Below, piece by piece: positions 30,310 through 38,256 of a stretch of DNA of 64,000 nt (positions are counted from its first letter, which is position 1; every line of letters begins with the position of its first letter). The notes below the pieces were generated by a model that was not told where the DNA came from, made no database searches, and saw only the letters and a program-made list of their open reading frames with translations. A program made the position numbers and the translations under genes. This DNA comes from Lachnospiraceae bacterium (GTDB taxonomy: Bacteria; Bacillota; Clostridia; Lachnospirales; Lachnospiraceae): the NCBI GenBank assembly GCA_050944855.1, contig JBMNRU010000004.1, positions 22,634 through 86,633 of the forward strand. The letters run 5' to 3'.

Positions 30310-31182
30310 ATGAAATATTTAGACAAGTTGTTTTCCGCCCATCACCCCAGTAAAGATTTCCTTGCAAACAACTGCAAACATTTTTATTGTGACGTTCTAT
30401 CCATAGCAGAAACGATTCCATCACCTGATCGGGTTATTTTACCCTACAGTCACGCACATGAGGAATATGAGTTTACATTCCCGCTCACTCCCATTCCTGT
30501 ACTGATCAACGAAGGCGCCGTATTTTTCGGAGAAGTGGGTTATGCTTACCCGGTGCAAAGTAATCATCAACACGGAACTTCATTTCGAGTCTCAGACATT
30601 GCACAGGATCGTATCATCATTCAAAAGGAATATCTGGAAGAACTGATGGCAAAAAAGCACCTGGCCGGTGCACAGTTCTGCGACCGGTTCGAGGTAACCA
30701 GAGATTTAAAATCTTATATTCAATTATTTAAACACGAATTTGAAAAAAATCCGAAACCTGACAATGAAAATCTGATGCACCTGGCAGCTTTGATCAGTTC
30801 CACAATTATTGAACTGGGAATCTATCATGCGGTTCCGCATCACAAAGAAACATGGTCGTATCAAAAAGGAATTACGGAAGTTGCAACGTACATGAATCAA
30901 CATTTTCAGGACAATCTGTCCATCGATCAGCTGGCTTCCATGTGCGGTCTGACAAAGAATTATTTTATTTCCGCATTTAAGCGCTCCATGGGAGAAACCC
31001 CGTATTCCTATCTCAGCAAACTGCGGATTTCAAAAGCAAAGATCCTTCTGGAGACCACTGATCTTTCCATTCAGGAAGTGGCTGCTGACTGCGGGTTTCA
31101 AAAAGCCAATACACTGACTACGCTGTTTAAAAACAATACTTCCATGACGCCGTCCCAATACCGTGCATCATTAAAACCATAA
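30310..31182 (+). CDS. AraC-family transcriptional regulator
   Basis: The start was moved to ATG 30310 (MKYLDKLF). C-terminal AraC HTH pair (LTKNYFISAFKRSMGETPYSYL, FQKANTLTTLFKNNTSMTPSQYR). Confidence 0.8.
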   Translation: MKYLDKLFSAHHPSKDFLANNCKHFYCDVLSIAETIPSPDRVILPYSHAHEEYEFTFPLTPIPVLINEGAVFFGEVGYAYPVQSNHQHGTSFRVSDIAQDRIIIQKEYLEELMAKKHLAGAQFCDRFEVTRDLKSYIQLFKHEFEKNPKPDNENLMHLAALISSTIIELGIYHAVPHHKETWSYQKGITEVATYMNQHFQDNLSIDQLASMCGLTKNYFISAFKRSMGETPYSYLSKLRISKAKILLETTDLSIQEVAADCGFQKANTLTTLFKNNTSMTPSQYRASLKP

Positions 31183-31289
31183 ATAAAATACCTTATTATT
31201 TTTTCTCTGTTTTCTCTTGCCTCAAATATTACACTTGACGAATATATCGGTTTGTGATACTGTTTGTACTGCGTGTATCAACACAAACG

Positions 31290-31462
31290 AAGTTCGTAGG
31301 AAAAAGCAGACGCTTACCGAAGGAGTAAAACTCTCAGGTGTCCTGATCTTGTCGGGATAAAGACTATGAATGGATGTGACTCTGGAGAAATTCGATTGAC
31401 TCGAATGCCGAAGGTGCAAACACGGATTACTGTGTGAATCTCTCAGGCAAAAGGACAGAGGA
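31290..31462 (+). promoter_or_regulatory. Tandem glycine riboswitch (two aptamers)
   Basis: Aptamer 2 is textbook: CTCTGGAGAA...GCCGAAGGTGCAA...CTCAGGCAAAAGGACAGAG. Aptamer 1 is a variant: GTAGGAAA...ACCGAAGGAGTAA..CTCAGG-[hairpin]-TAAAGAC, with P1 TCGTAG/CTATGA. It lies upstream of an alanine/glycine symporter. Confidence 0.85.
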
Positions 31463-31477
31463 TAGAAGAAATTTTCC

Positions 31478-31518
31478 AGGGGATATTGTGCCTTTTCGCC
31501 GATATCCTCTTTTTTTTC
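31478..31518 (+). terminator. Riboswitch expression-platform terminator
   Basis: AGGGGATAT-loop-ATATCCTCT followed by TTTTTTTT. The 3' strand can alternatively pair with CAGAGGATA at the end of aptamer 2. Confidence 0.75.
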
Positions 31519-31555
31519 GTTTGGTTGAAATTCAAAAGAAAAAGGAGAAAAGAAA

Positions 31556-32899
31556 ATGGAACTGATAACAAAAATTGTAGCTGCAGTCAACGGTCTTCTG
31601 TGGGACAAAAACTTACTGCTGTTTTTACTTTGCGGAACCGGTATCTTTTATACCATTCGCCTGCGCTTTATCCAGGTACGTAAGTTCGGCGAAGGCGTAC
31701 GCCGTCTGTTCAGTGGTTTCAGCATGAACGGCAAAGCAGCAGATGAATCCGGTATGAGTCCTTTCCAGGCACTGACCACTGCCATTGCCGCACAGGTAGG
31801 TACCGGTAATATTGCCGGCGCGGCAACCGCTATTGCCTGCGGTGGACCCGGTGCGATCTTCTGGATGTGGGTTTCTGCTTTCCTGGGCATGGCCAATATT
31901 TATGCGGAAGCTATCCTGGCTCAGGAATATAAAACTACCATTAATGGACGCGTAGCAGGCGGTCCTGTTTACTACATTCGTACTGCATTTAAAGGAACTT
32001 TTGGAAAATTCCTGGCAGGATTTTTCTCTGTCGCCATTATCCTGGCCCTGGGCTTCATGGGAAATATGGTACAGTCCAACTCGATCGGTGCAGCCTTCAA
32101 TAATGCATTTGGCCTGAACCGTATTCTGGTAGGCGTAATTGTTGCTATTATTGCTGCCTTCATTTTCCTTGGCGGTGTAAAACGAATTGCATCTGTAACA
32201 GAAAAGGTCGTTCCTGTCATGGCTGTTTTATATGTGATTGGCTGTCTGATCTTCTTAATTTTAAATGCATCTGCCGTTCCGGGCGCTTTCAGAGACATTT
32301 TCGTAGCTGCTTTCTCTCCGCAGTCTATCGGCGGCGGTCTGATCGGTATTACCGTACAGAAAGCTATGCGTTATGGTGTTGCCAGAGGTTTGTTCTCTAA
32401 CGAAGCCGGTATGGGTTCCACACCTCACGCACATGCCATGGCAAAAGTTAAAAAACCTCAGGATCAGGCTGTTCTGGCCATGATCGGTGTCTTCATCGAC
32501 ACTTTCATTGTTCTGACAATGACTGCTCTGGTTATCATATCCTCCGGCGTAGCTGCTACCGGAGCAAATGAATCCACACTGGCACAGGACGCATTTAATC
32601 AGACTTTTGGTTCCTTTGGCAATATCTTCATCGCCATCTGTCTGTTATTCTTTGCTTTCTCCACCATCATCGGATGGTACTTCTTCGGCGAGACAAACGT
32701 AAAATATCTGTTCGGCGAAAAAGCAGTGAAGATTTATGCGGCCATTGTCATCGTATTCATTGTATTGGGATCTGCATTAAAAGTACAGCTGGTATGGGAT
32801 CTGTCCGATATGTTTAACGGTCTGATGGTAATACCAAACTTACTGGCTCTGCTGGTATTAAACGGAACCGTTGCCAGAATTGCCAAAGAAGACGATTAA
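31556..32899 (+). CDS. Alanine/glycine:cation symporter (AGCS family)
   Basis: 447 aa. SPFQALTTAIAAQVGTGNIAGAATAI and FSNEAGMGSTPHAHA are typical AGCS motifs. Confidence 0.92.
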   Translation: MELITKIVAAVNGLLWDKNLLLFLLCGTGIFYTIRLRFIQVRKFGEGVRRLFSGFSMNGKAADESGMSPFQALTTAIAAQVGTGNIAGAATAIACGGPGAIFWMWVSAFLGMANIYAEAILAQEYKTTINGRVAGGPVYYIRTAFKGTFGKFLAGFFSVAIILALGFMGNMVQSNSIGAAFNNAFGLNRILVGVIVAIIAAFIFLGGVKRIASVTEKVVPVMAVLYVIGCLIFLILNASAVPGAFRDIFVAAFSPQSIGGGLIGITVQKAMRYGVARGLFSNEAGMGSTPHAHAMAKVKKPQDQAVLAMIGVFIDTFIVLTMTALVIISSGVAATGANESTLAQDAFNQTFGSFGNIFIAICLLFFAFSTIIGWYFFGETNVKYLFGEKAVKIYAAIVIVFIVLGSALKVQLVWDLSDMFNGLMVIPNLLALLVLNGTVARIAKEDD

Positions 32900-32926
32900 A
32901 AACAAATTTTTGTAATACGGATACAT

Positions 32927-32980
32927 AAAAAGTCTTCCCGTAAAAGCTTTTTTACAAGCTTCTTATGGGAAGACTTTTTC
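32927..32980 (+). terminator. Intrinsic terminator after the symporter gene
   Basis: AAAAGTCTTCCC...GGGAAGACTTTT is a 12-bp stem with T-rich 3' flank. Confidence 0.7.
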
Positions 32981-33412
32981 GTTCGTGCTTACAAAACCAC
33001 TCCATCTTGTGCCATGTCATCAAACAGGCCGCTCCTTCTCAGCTAGCCGTCAAGACGCACTAAGCCTTTCAGGAAAGCCTTCAAGCCTAAGTGCTTACTA
33101 GACGTCGGATCTTCCAACTCGCTTTCCCTCATGTTTTTGCCATGGCACAAGATGAGCGGCCCAGGCAGCCCGGCAGGCACAGTCTGTCGATAGAGTGTAT
33201 TTTTATCAGCCATTGTCGCTCGGTATTGTAAAGTCCCTGCCTCTTCCCTGCAAATGCGTAGAAAAAGCGCGCCTGAAAATCCTGAGCCTAGCATACACTT
33301 AGCCTCGAAGGCTTTCCTGAGAGGCTTATGTGTATCTTGGCTCATAGTTGAAGGGAAGCGCCTCGTATTTGCAGGGAAGAGGCAGGGATATTCCTATAGC
33401 GAACGATATTCC
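32980..33412. repeat. Structured intergenic repeat element, long copy with nested insertion
   Basis: 32980-33066 and 33294-33388 are collinear with 51768-51937. The ~40-nt core AACAGGCCGCTCCTTCTCAGCTAGCCGTCAA.ACGCACTAAGCCT is nearly identical, and the right arm is about 90% identical. About 230 bp of extra sequence lies in between and contains inverted element-derived blocks. Confidence 0.7.
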
Positions 33413-33423
33413 GTCACTAATCT

Positions 33424-34173
33424 TTATTCTTCTCCAGTCAATCTGAGTACATCCCGTATCTCTTCTTCCTCCATATCCAACAGAATCGATAATTCTTCTA
33501 TACTGAATTTATCTCCAACTTCTTCTGTCAGTTTCCGTACCGTTGACTCCAGCTTTTCTACTTTCTCTACCAGGTAATTATCCTGACGCTTTTGTCCCAC
33601 AGATAATGCTATCATCTGCTTTAGTCCTGCATGAATTTCGGCACAAAGCTTTTCATGAGGCTGATCCGTCTCTTTCCAGTCCTCAAGGGCCATGACAAGC
33701 GCCAGATTCCCTTCCTGAATCATATCACCCAGAAATAATCCTTCCGGTTTCTTTTGCAGGCAAATGGCAATGACCTCCTCCAGATACAGCTCAGTCAACC
33801 TCTTTTTCGCCGTTTCTGATCCTGTTTCCAGTGCATGAAATAAAGCTATTCTCTCCTCTTCGTCCACCGGCCGAATATCCTTTAAACTCTCCCGGTATTC
33901 CTCTAAATACTTCTCTTCCTCCGGCAATAAAGGAGCTGCTTCTTCTGTCGTTTCTTCCCAGTCTTCTGAAAATGCTTCTTCTCTGTTTCCATCCTTATCC
34001 AATAAGGCAATTCCCTGGGCTTTCAAATATTCAAAAACTTTCTGCAGCTGCGTACTGTCCAGTCCGTCTTCTGCAAAATACTGCTCCATCAATTCCATGG
34101 AAAGACAGTTATGATTCTTTTTTGCCAGAGTTTTCATATCCTCCAGCTTTTTCTGAAAGGTTTGAACGTTCAT
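33424..34173 (-). CDS. Sigma-70 (SigA)-like protein lacking region 4
   Basis: The start was moved to ATG 34173 (MNVQTFQKK) behind AGGAG. Region 1.1-like N-terminus and an acidic linker. The region 2-like segment (RLTELYLEEVIAICLQK...FLGDMIQEGNLALVMALEDW) lacks the aromatic -10 residues. A region 3.0-like end (FSIEELSILLDMEEEEIRDVLRL) is followed by the stop. Confidence 0.65.
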   Translation of the reverse strand: MNVQTFQKKLEDMKTLAKKNHNCLSMELMEQYFAEDGLDSTQLQKVFEYLKAQGIALLDKDGNREEAFSEDWEETTEEAAPLLPEEEKYLEEYRESLKDIRPVDEEERIALFHALETGSETAKKRLTELYLEEVIAICLQKKPEGLFLGDMIQEGNLALVMALEDWKETDQPHEKLCAEIHAGLKQMIALSVGQKRQDNYLVEKVEKLESTVRKLTEEVGDKFSIEELSILLDMEEEEIRDVLRLTGEE

Positions 34174-34272
34174 TGCTTCCACTCCTGTTATATTCTCATA
34201 ATCAGCTACAGTATAACATACTTTTTTTATTCTGCACATACATTAATAACAACGCCTTTGGGAGTTCTTCCT

Positions 34273-35031
34273 TTGAAACATCTTTTAAAATTTCTCTTCA
34301 CTTCAGTATTGATTGCAGGCCTTGCTGCCGGTACTCTATACCTGTTTCCCAGCTCTATTTCCGTAAGCAGCAATGTAAATGGCAGAGAATTGCCTATCTA
34401 TTGCGTAGACACCTCCAAACCCCAGGTAGCGTTAACATTCGATGCTGCCTGGGGAAATGAGGATACCCAGAAAATTTTAGACATTCTTGCCAAACACCAG
34501 GTCAAAGTTACCTTTTTCATGACCGGTGGATGGGTGGAGTCTTATCCGGATGATGTAAAAGCCATTCTGGCTGCCGGTCACGATCTGGGCAATCACAGTG
34601 AAAACCACAAAAACATGAGCCAATTATCAGACGAAGAACAAAAGGACGAACTGCTGAAAGTACATAATAAAGTAAAAGAATTGACCGGCGTAGAAATGCA
34701 GCTTTTTCGCCCACCCTACGGAGATTACGACAACAGTGTCATCCTGAATGCCAAGAGCTGCGGCTATTATCCCATCCAGTGGTCTGTAGACAGTCTGGAC
34801 TGGAAAGACTATGGAACCGACAGTATTTTAAATACCGTTTTAAATCACAAAGCGCTGGAAAACGGCGCCATCATTCTTTGCCATAACGGTGCCAAATATA
34901 CCGCAGATGCCCTGGATTCACTGATCACCGGGCTGAAAGACAAGGGCTATGAACTGGTACCGCTGTCGCAGCTCATCTATAAAGAGGATTATCACATGGA
35001 TGCAGCTGGAAAACAGATCTCAGAAAAATAA
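34273..35031 (+). CDS. Polysaccharide deacetylase family protein (PdaB-like)
   Basis: A TTG start at 34273 (LKHLLKFLF..., signal/TM) lies 9 nt after GGGAG. NodB motifs TFDAAWG and HSENH. The track ATG at 34111 would overlap the convergent gene. Confidence 0.8.
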   Translation: MKHLLKFLFTSVLIAGLAAGTLYLFPSSISVSSNVNGRELPIYCVDTSKPQVALTFDAAWGNEDTQKILDILAKHQVKVTFFMTGGWVESYPDDVKAILAAGHDLGNHSENHKNMSQLSDEEQKDELLKVHNKVKELTGVEMQLFRPPYGDYDNSVILNAKSCGYYPIQWSVDSLDWKDYGTDSILNTVLNHKALENGAIILCHNGAKYTADALDSLITGLKDKGYELVPLSQLIYKEDYHMDAAGKQISEK

Positions 35032-35105
35032 GTATGTTATCCATTGATTTTAGAGAAAGATAAGGATATGATAAAGAAATAGAATAATCTTACAGGAGTT
35101 CTGCT

Positions 35106-36173
35106 ATGACACAAACGATAAAAAATTTCCTTATATGTGCAGGCTTTCTGAGTGCTGCCAGCCTGATCTGTTTCCTGATTTTGCATCTGAATAATAACGA
35201 AGGAAACTTGACCGTTGTCTTTACTCTGGCCACATTTCTGATCGCAAAATACACAACCGGTTACGTCTGGGGCATCCTCTCCGCCGGTATCGGTGTGATC
35301 TGCATCAACTATATTTTCAGCTATCCTTATTTCGAGCTGGATTTCTTTCAGGTTGGATATCCGCTTACGTTTTTAGGCATCCTCATTGTTTCCACAGTTA
35401 CCAGCGCCATGACGACACACATTTATAAACAAAACCAGCTGGCAATGAAACAGGAAGCACTTTTGATGGAGGCAGAAAAAGAAAAGATGCGTTCCAATCT
35501 GCTGCGGGCCGTATCCCATGACCTTCGTACCCCTCTGGCAGGGATGATCGGCGCCAGCTCTACTTATCTGGAAGCGAAGGATTATCTGAGTGAAACAGAA
35601 AAGGAAAAACTGGTGCAGGGCATCTACGAGGATGCTAACTGGCTTTTGCACATGGTAGAAAACCTGCTCAGCGTAACCCGGATTGATCAGGACACCGCCA
35701 AAGTAACGAAAACAGAAGAAGTTTTGGAGGAAATGGTATCCGAAGCTCTGATCCGTTTTCAAAAACGCTATCCTCAAACCCATATCGAGGTTACCGCCCC
35801 GGAAGAATTTCTTCTGATTCCTATGGATGCCACACTCATCGAACAGGTCATTATTAATCTGCTGGAAAACGCCGTTATCCATGGAAAAAGTATGGACCGA
35901 ATTGATCTTATCATAACAAAGGAAAAAGATTTGATTAATTTCTATATCCGTGATTACGGCTGTGGTATTGTCCCGGAACAGCTGCCCTTCATTTTTGACG
36001 GCTCTCCTGTCTCCAATGAAGATAAAAATGACCGCCGAAAAGGGATGGGAATCGGCCTGTCTATCTGCAAGACAATCATTGTTGCCCACGGCGGAAAAAT
36101 ATATGCGCGAAATCATGACAAAGGTGCCGAATTCTATTTCTGGCTGCCATTAAAGGAGGAAGAGAACGTATGA
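35106..36173 (+). CDS. Sensor histidine kinase, KdpD C-terminal-half type (membrane domain plus HisKA/HATPase)
   Basis: 355 aa. Four TM segments, H-box SHDLRTPL, N-box LLENAVIHG, and G-box GMGIGLSIC. There is no N-terminal KdpD/Usp sensor module. Confidence 0.85.
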   Translation: MTQTIKNFLICAGFLSAASLICFLILHLNNNEGNLTVVFTLATFLIAKYTTGYVWGILSAGIGVICINYIFSYPYFELDFFQVGYPLTFLGILIVSTVTSAMTTHIYKQNQLAMKQEALLMEAEKEKMRSNLLRAVSHDLRTPLAGMIGASSTYLEAKDYLSETEKEKLVQGIYEDANWLLHMVENLLSVTRIDQDTAKVTKTEEVLEEMVSEALIRFQKRYPQTHIEVTAPEEFLLIPMDATLIEQVIINLLENAVIHGKSMDRIDLIITKEKDLINFYIRDYGCGIVPEQLPFIFDGSPVSNEDKNDRRKGMGIGLSICKTIIVAHGGKIYARNHDKGAEFYFWLPLKEEENV

Positions 36174-36877
36174 CACCACCCAAATTAACGGCTTTAATCG
36201 TGGAAGATGAATCAAACATCGGCAACTTTATCTCTGCCATCTTGCAAACCAATGCATACAAAACCATTATCAGCAAGACAGGCGAAGGGGCTTTGGCACT
36301 GACCAAGTCTCATTGCCCGGATATTATACTACTGGATTTAGGATTGCCGGATATGGACGGTATGGAAGCACTAAAATCGATCCGTTCCTGGTCCTCCATT
36401 CCCATTATCATCATTTCTGCCCGTCACCAGGAAACGGAAAAAGTGCAGGCACTGGATTTAGGTGCAGATGATTATATTACCAAACCTTTCGGCACCAAAG
36501 AACTGCTGGCCCGTATCCGCACAGCCATGCGTCATTCTTCCCGCCTGGATTCTCAATCCGCACCTACCTCTGTCTATCGTGCAAAAGATCTGCTCATTGA
36601 TTTTGATAAGCGTCTGGTGCAGTTAGAAGGAAAAGAAATCCGGCTGACTCAGATTGAATATAAATTGGTTTCCCTGCTGGCTCAGAATTCCGGCCGGGTG
36701 GTCACCTATGAAACCATCATCCGTTCTCTCTGGGGTCCGGACGCCAATATGGATAATCAGATCCTTCGGGTAAATATGGCAAATATCCGCCGTAAAATCG
36801 AGAAAAAACCAGCCGTCCCTGTTTACATTTTTACAGAAATCGGTGTCGGCTACCGTATGACGGAAAATGAGGTATAA
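36170..36877 (+). CDS. OmpR-family response regulator, KdpE-like
   Basis: 235 aa. Receiver domain (LLDLGLPDMDG, ISARHQETEKVQALDLGADDYITKPF) plus winged helix. ATGA overlap with the kinase gene. Confidence 0.9.
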   Translation: MTPPKLTALIVEDESNIGNFISAILQTNAYKTIISKTGEGALALTKSHCPDIILLDLGLPDMDGMEALKSIRSWSSIPIIIISARHQETEKVQALDLGADDYITKPFGTKELLARIRTAMRHSSRLDSQSAPTSVYRAKDLLIDFDKRLVQLEGKEIRLTQIEYKLVSLLAQNSGRVVTYETIIRSLWGPDANMDNQILRVNMANIRRKIEKKPAVPVYIFTEIGVGYRMTENEV

Positions 36878-36970
36878 AATACCCTGCGAACATACTTTGG
36901 GGATTGCACATCTTCTATTTCAGGTTATAATATAAGAGACTATTTTTACTATAGAAAGGAAATCCAAACA

Positions 36971-37447
36971 ATGAACAAAAGAAAAGGGTTCATCAAAGAA
37001 TTTCAGGCATTTATCATGCGTGGCAATGTCATGGACATGGCAATCGGTGTTATCGTCGGCGGCGCTTTTCAGAAAATCATCACCTCTCTGGTGGATGATA
37101 TCATCATGCCTCTCATTAGTAAACTGACCGGCGGCATTGATTTTTCCAACTGGTTTGTTTCCCTGGACGGAAGCCATTACGCAACCCTGGCTGCTGCCAA
37201 AGAAGCGGGCGCTGCCACATTAAACTATGGTACTTTTATAACCGTAGTGATTAACTTCTTATTAATGGCACTGGTTATCTTCTGCCTTATCAAATTCATG
37301 AACTCTCTCAATGAAAAAATGCTCCATAAAGCAGGCAAGGAACCAGAAGCAACACCTACGACCAAAATCTGTCCATTCTGTAAAACAGAGATACCTATTG
37401 ATGCCAGCAGATGCCCTCACTGTACATCTGTCTTGGATGAGGCTTAA
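36971..37447 (+). CDS. mscL: Large-conductance mechanosensitive channel with a C-terminal zinc-ribbon extension
   Basis: MscL core FIMRGNVMDMAIGVIVGGAFQKIITSLVDDIIMP. An extra tail reads KICPFCKTEIPIDASRCPHCTS (CxxC..CxxC). Confidence 0.9.
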   Translation: MNKRKGFIKEFQAFIMRGNVMDMAIGVIVGGAFQKIITSLVDDIIMPLISKLTGGIDFSNWFVSLDGSHYATLAAAKEAGAATLNYGTFITVVINFLLMALVIFCLIKFMNSLNEKMLHKAGKEPEATPTTKICPFCKTEIPIDASRCPHCTSVLDEA

Positions 37448-37503
37448 ATCTACGGTATAAGAGATGCAAAAAGACATCAGAAAGTAGATAAAATTTAGGA
37501 ACT

Positions 37504-37537
37504 CCGGCGTGATATGGAATCTCGCCGGGGTTTTTTA
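37504..37537 (+). terminator. Intrinsic terminator after mscL
   Basis: CCGGCG-13 nt-CGCCGG followed by GGTTTTTT. It lies inside the 5' extension of track ORF 37514. Confidence 0.65.
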
Positions 37538-37585
37538 ATGTATAATAAGACGAATCTGCTTCTAATTTACAAGGAGGAAATATAT

Positions 37586-37801
37586 ATGAGAAGAAATGGA
37601 AGAATAGCTTTGGGTATTGTTACTATTATTTTAGTATTTGCTTCATCTGCAATTGGATTAGGATTGCTGCCTAATTCTATTCCGGGAAGTTTCATCATGC
37701 GGTTTATCTTAATCGTTACGCCATGTATAACAATTTTGACAATGATTCATCTGTTAATCGAACAGAAAGCAAAGGATACTTCTTCATCAGATAGATTCTG
37801 A
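37586..37801 (+). CDS. Small two-TM membrane protein, unknown function
   Basis: ATG 37586 follows AAGGAGGA. The 71-aa product reads MRRNGRIALGIVTIILVFASSAIGLGLLP..FILIVTPCITILTMIHLL. Its last codons run into the first unit of the tandem repeat. Confidence 0.45.
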   Translation: MRRNGRIALGIVTIILVFASSAIGLGLLPNSIPGSFIMRFILIVTPCITILTMIHLLIEQKAKDTSSSDRF

Positions 37802-38215
37802 TTTTAAAAGAATTCTATCTGACAAACTCAAGCACTGGGCAAGCTTTTTGTCAGATAGATTTCAGTTTTAAAAGATTCTATCTGACAAACATAAGTCCAG
37901 GGCGACCTTTTTGTCAGATAGATTTTAACTTTGAAAGATTCTAGATGACCAGTTCAGGCTTTTTTGTCAAATAGATTCTAATTTTGAAAGATTCTGGATA
38001 ACCAGTTCAAGCCTTTTCGGCAGATAGATTCCAATTTTGAGAGAGTTCTAGATGACAAAAATCTGTTTAAGGTGACCTTTTCATCAGATAGATTCCAATT
38101 TTAAGAGAATTCTAGATGACAAGAATCTGTTTAAGGTGACTTTTTCATCGGATAGATTCTGATTTCAAAAGATTCTAGCCGACCAGCTCAAGCCCTGACA
38201 ACCTTTTCGCCAGAC
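37787..38215. repeat. Degenerate tandem array of 7-8 units, 53-64 bp each, with an internal inverted repeat per unit
   Basis: Unit starts are at 37787, 37851, 37914, 37967, 38021, 38085 and 38149, with a degenerate one at 38211. The consensus core is TCAGATAGATT-N-AAAAGATTCTATCTGACAA. Unit 2 has a perfect 12-bp inverted repeat TTGTCAGATAGA/TCTATCTGACAA (unit 1 keeps the inner 9 bp TCAGATAGA/TCTATCTGA), and later units are diverged. Confidence 0.85.
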
Positions 38216-38256
38216 TAATTACAGATTGAAAGTGGGCTAAAGCACCATGGAAACGT

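Noticed and set aside
31222-31608. 128-aa minus-strand ORF.
   Set aside because: It overlaps the glycine riboswitch, its terminator and the symporter start on the opposite strand.
33043-33577. Track ORFs 33043-33345 (-) and 33254-33577 (+) as hypothetical proteins.
   Set aside because: Both lie inside or across the hairpin repeat element, whose second copy at 51.8 kb does not preserve the reading frames. They are most likely non-coding.
37787-38215. Possible CRISPR array.
   Set aside because: The segments between the conserved cores are only about 20-30 nt and are similar to one another in pairs. The unit length varies from 53 to 64 bp, the repeats drift progressively, and no cas genes are nearby.
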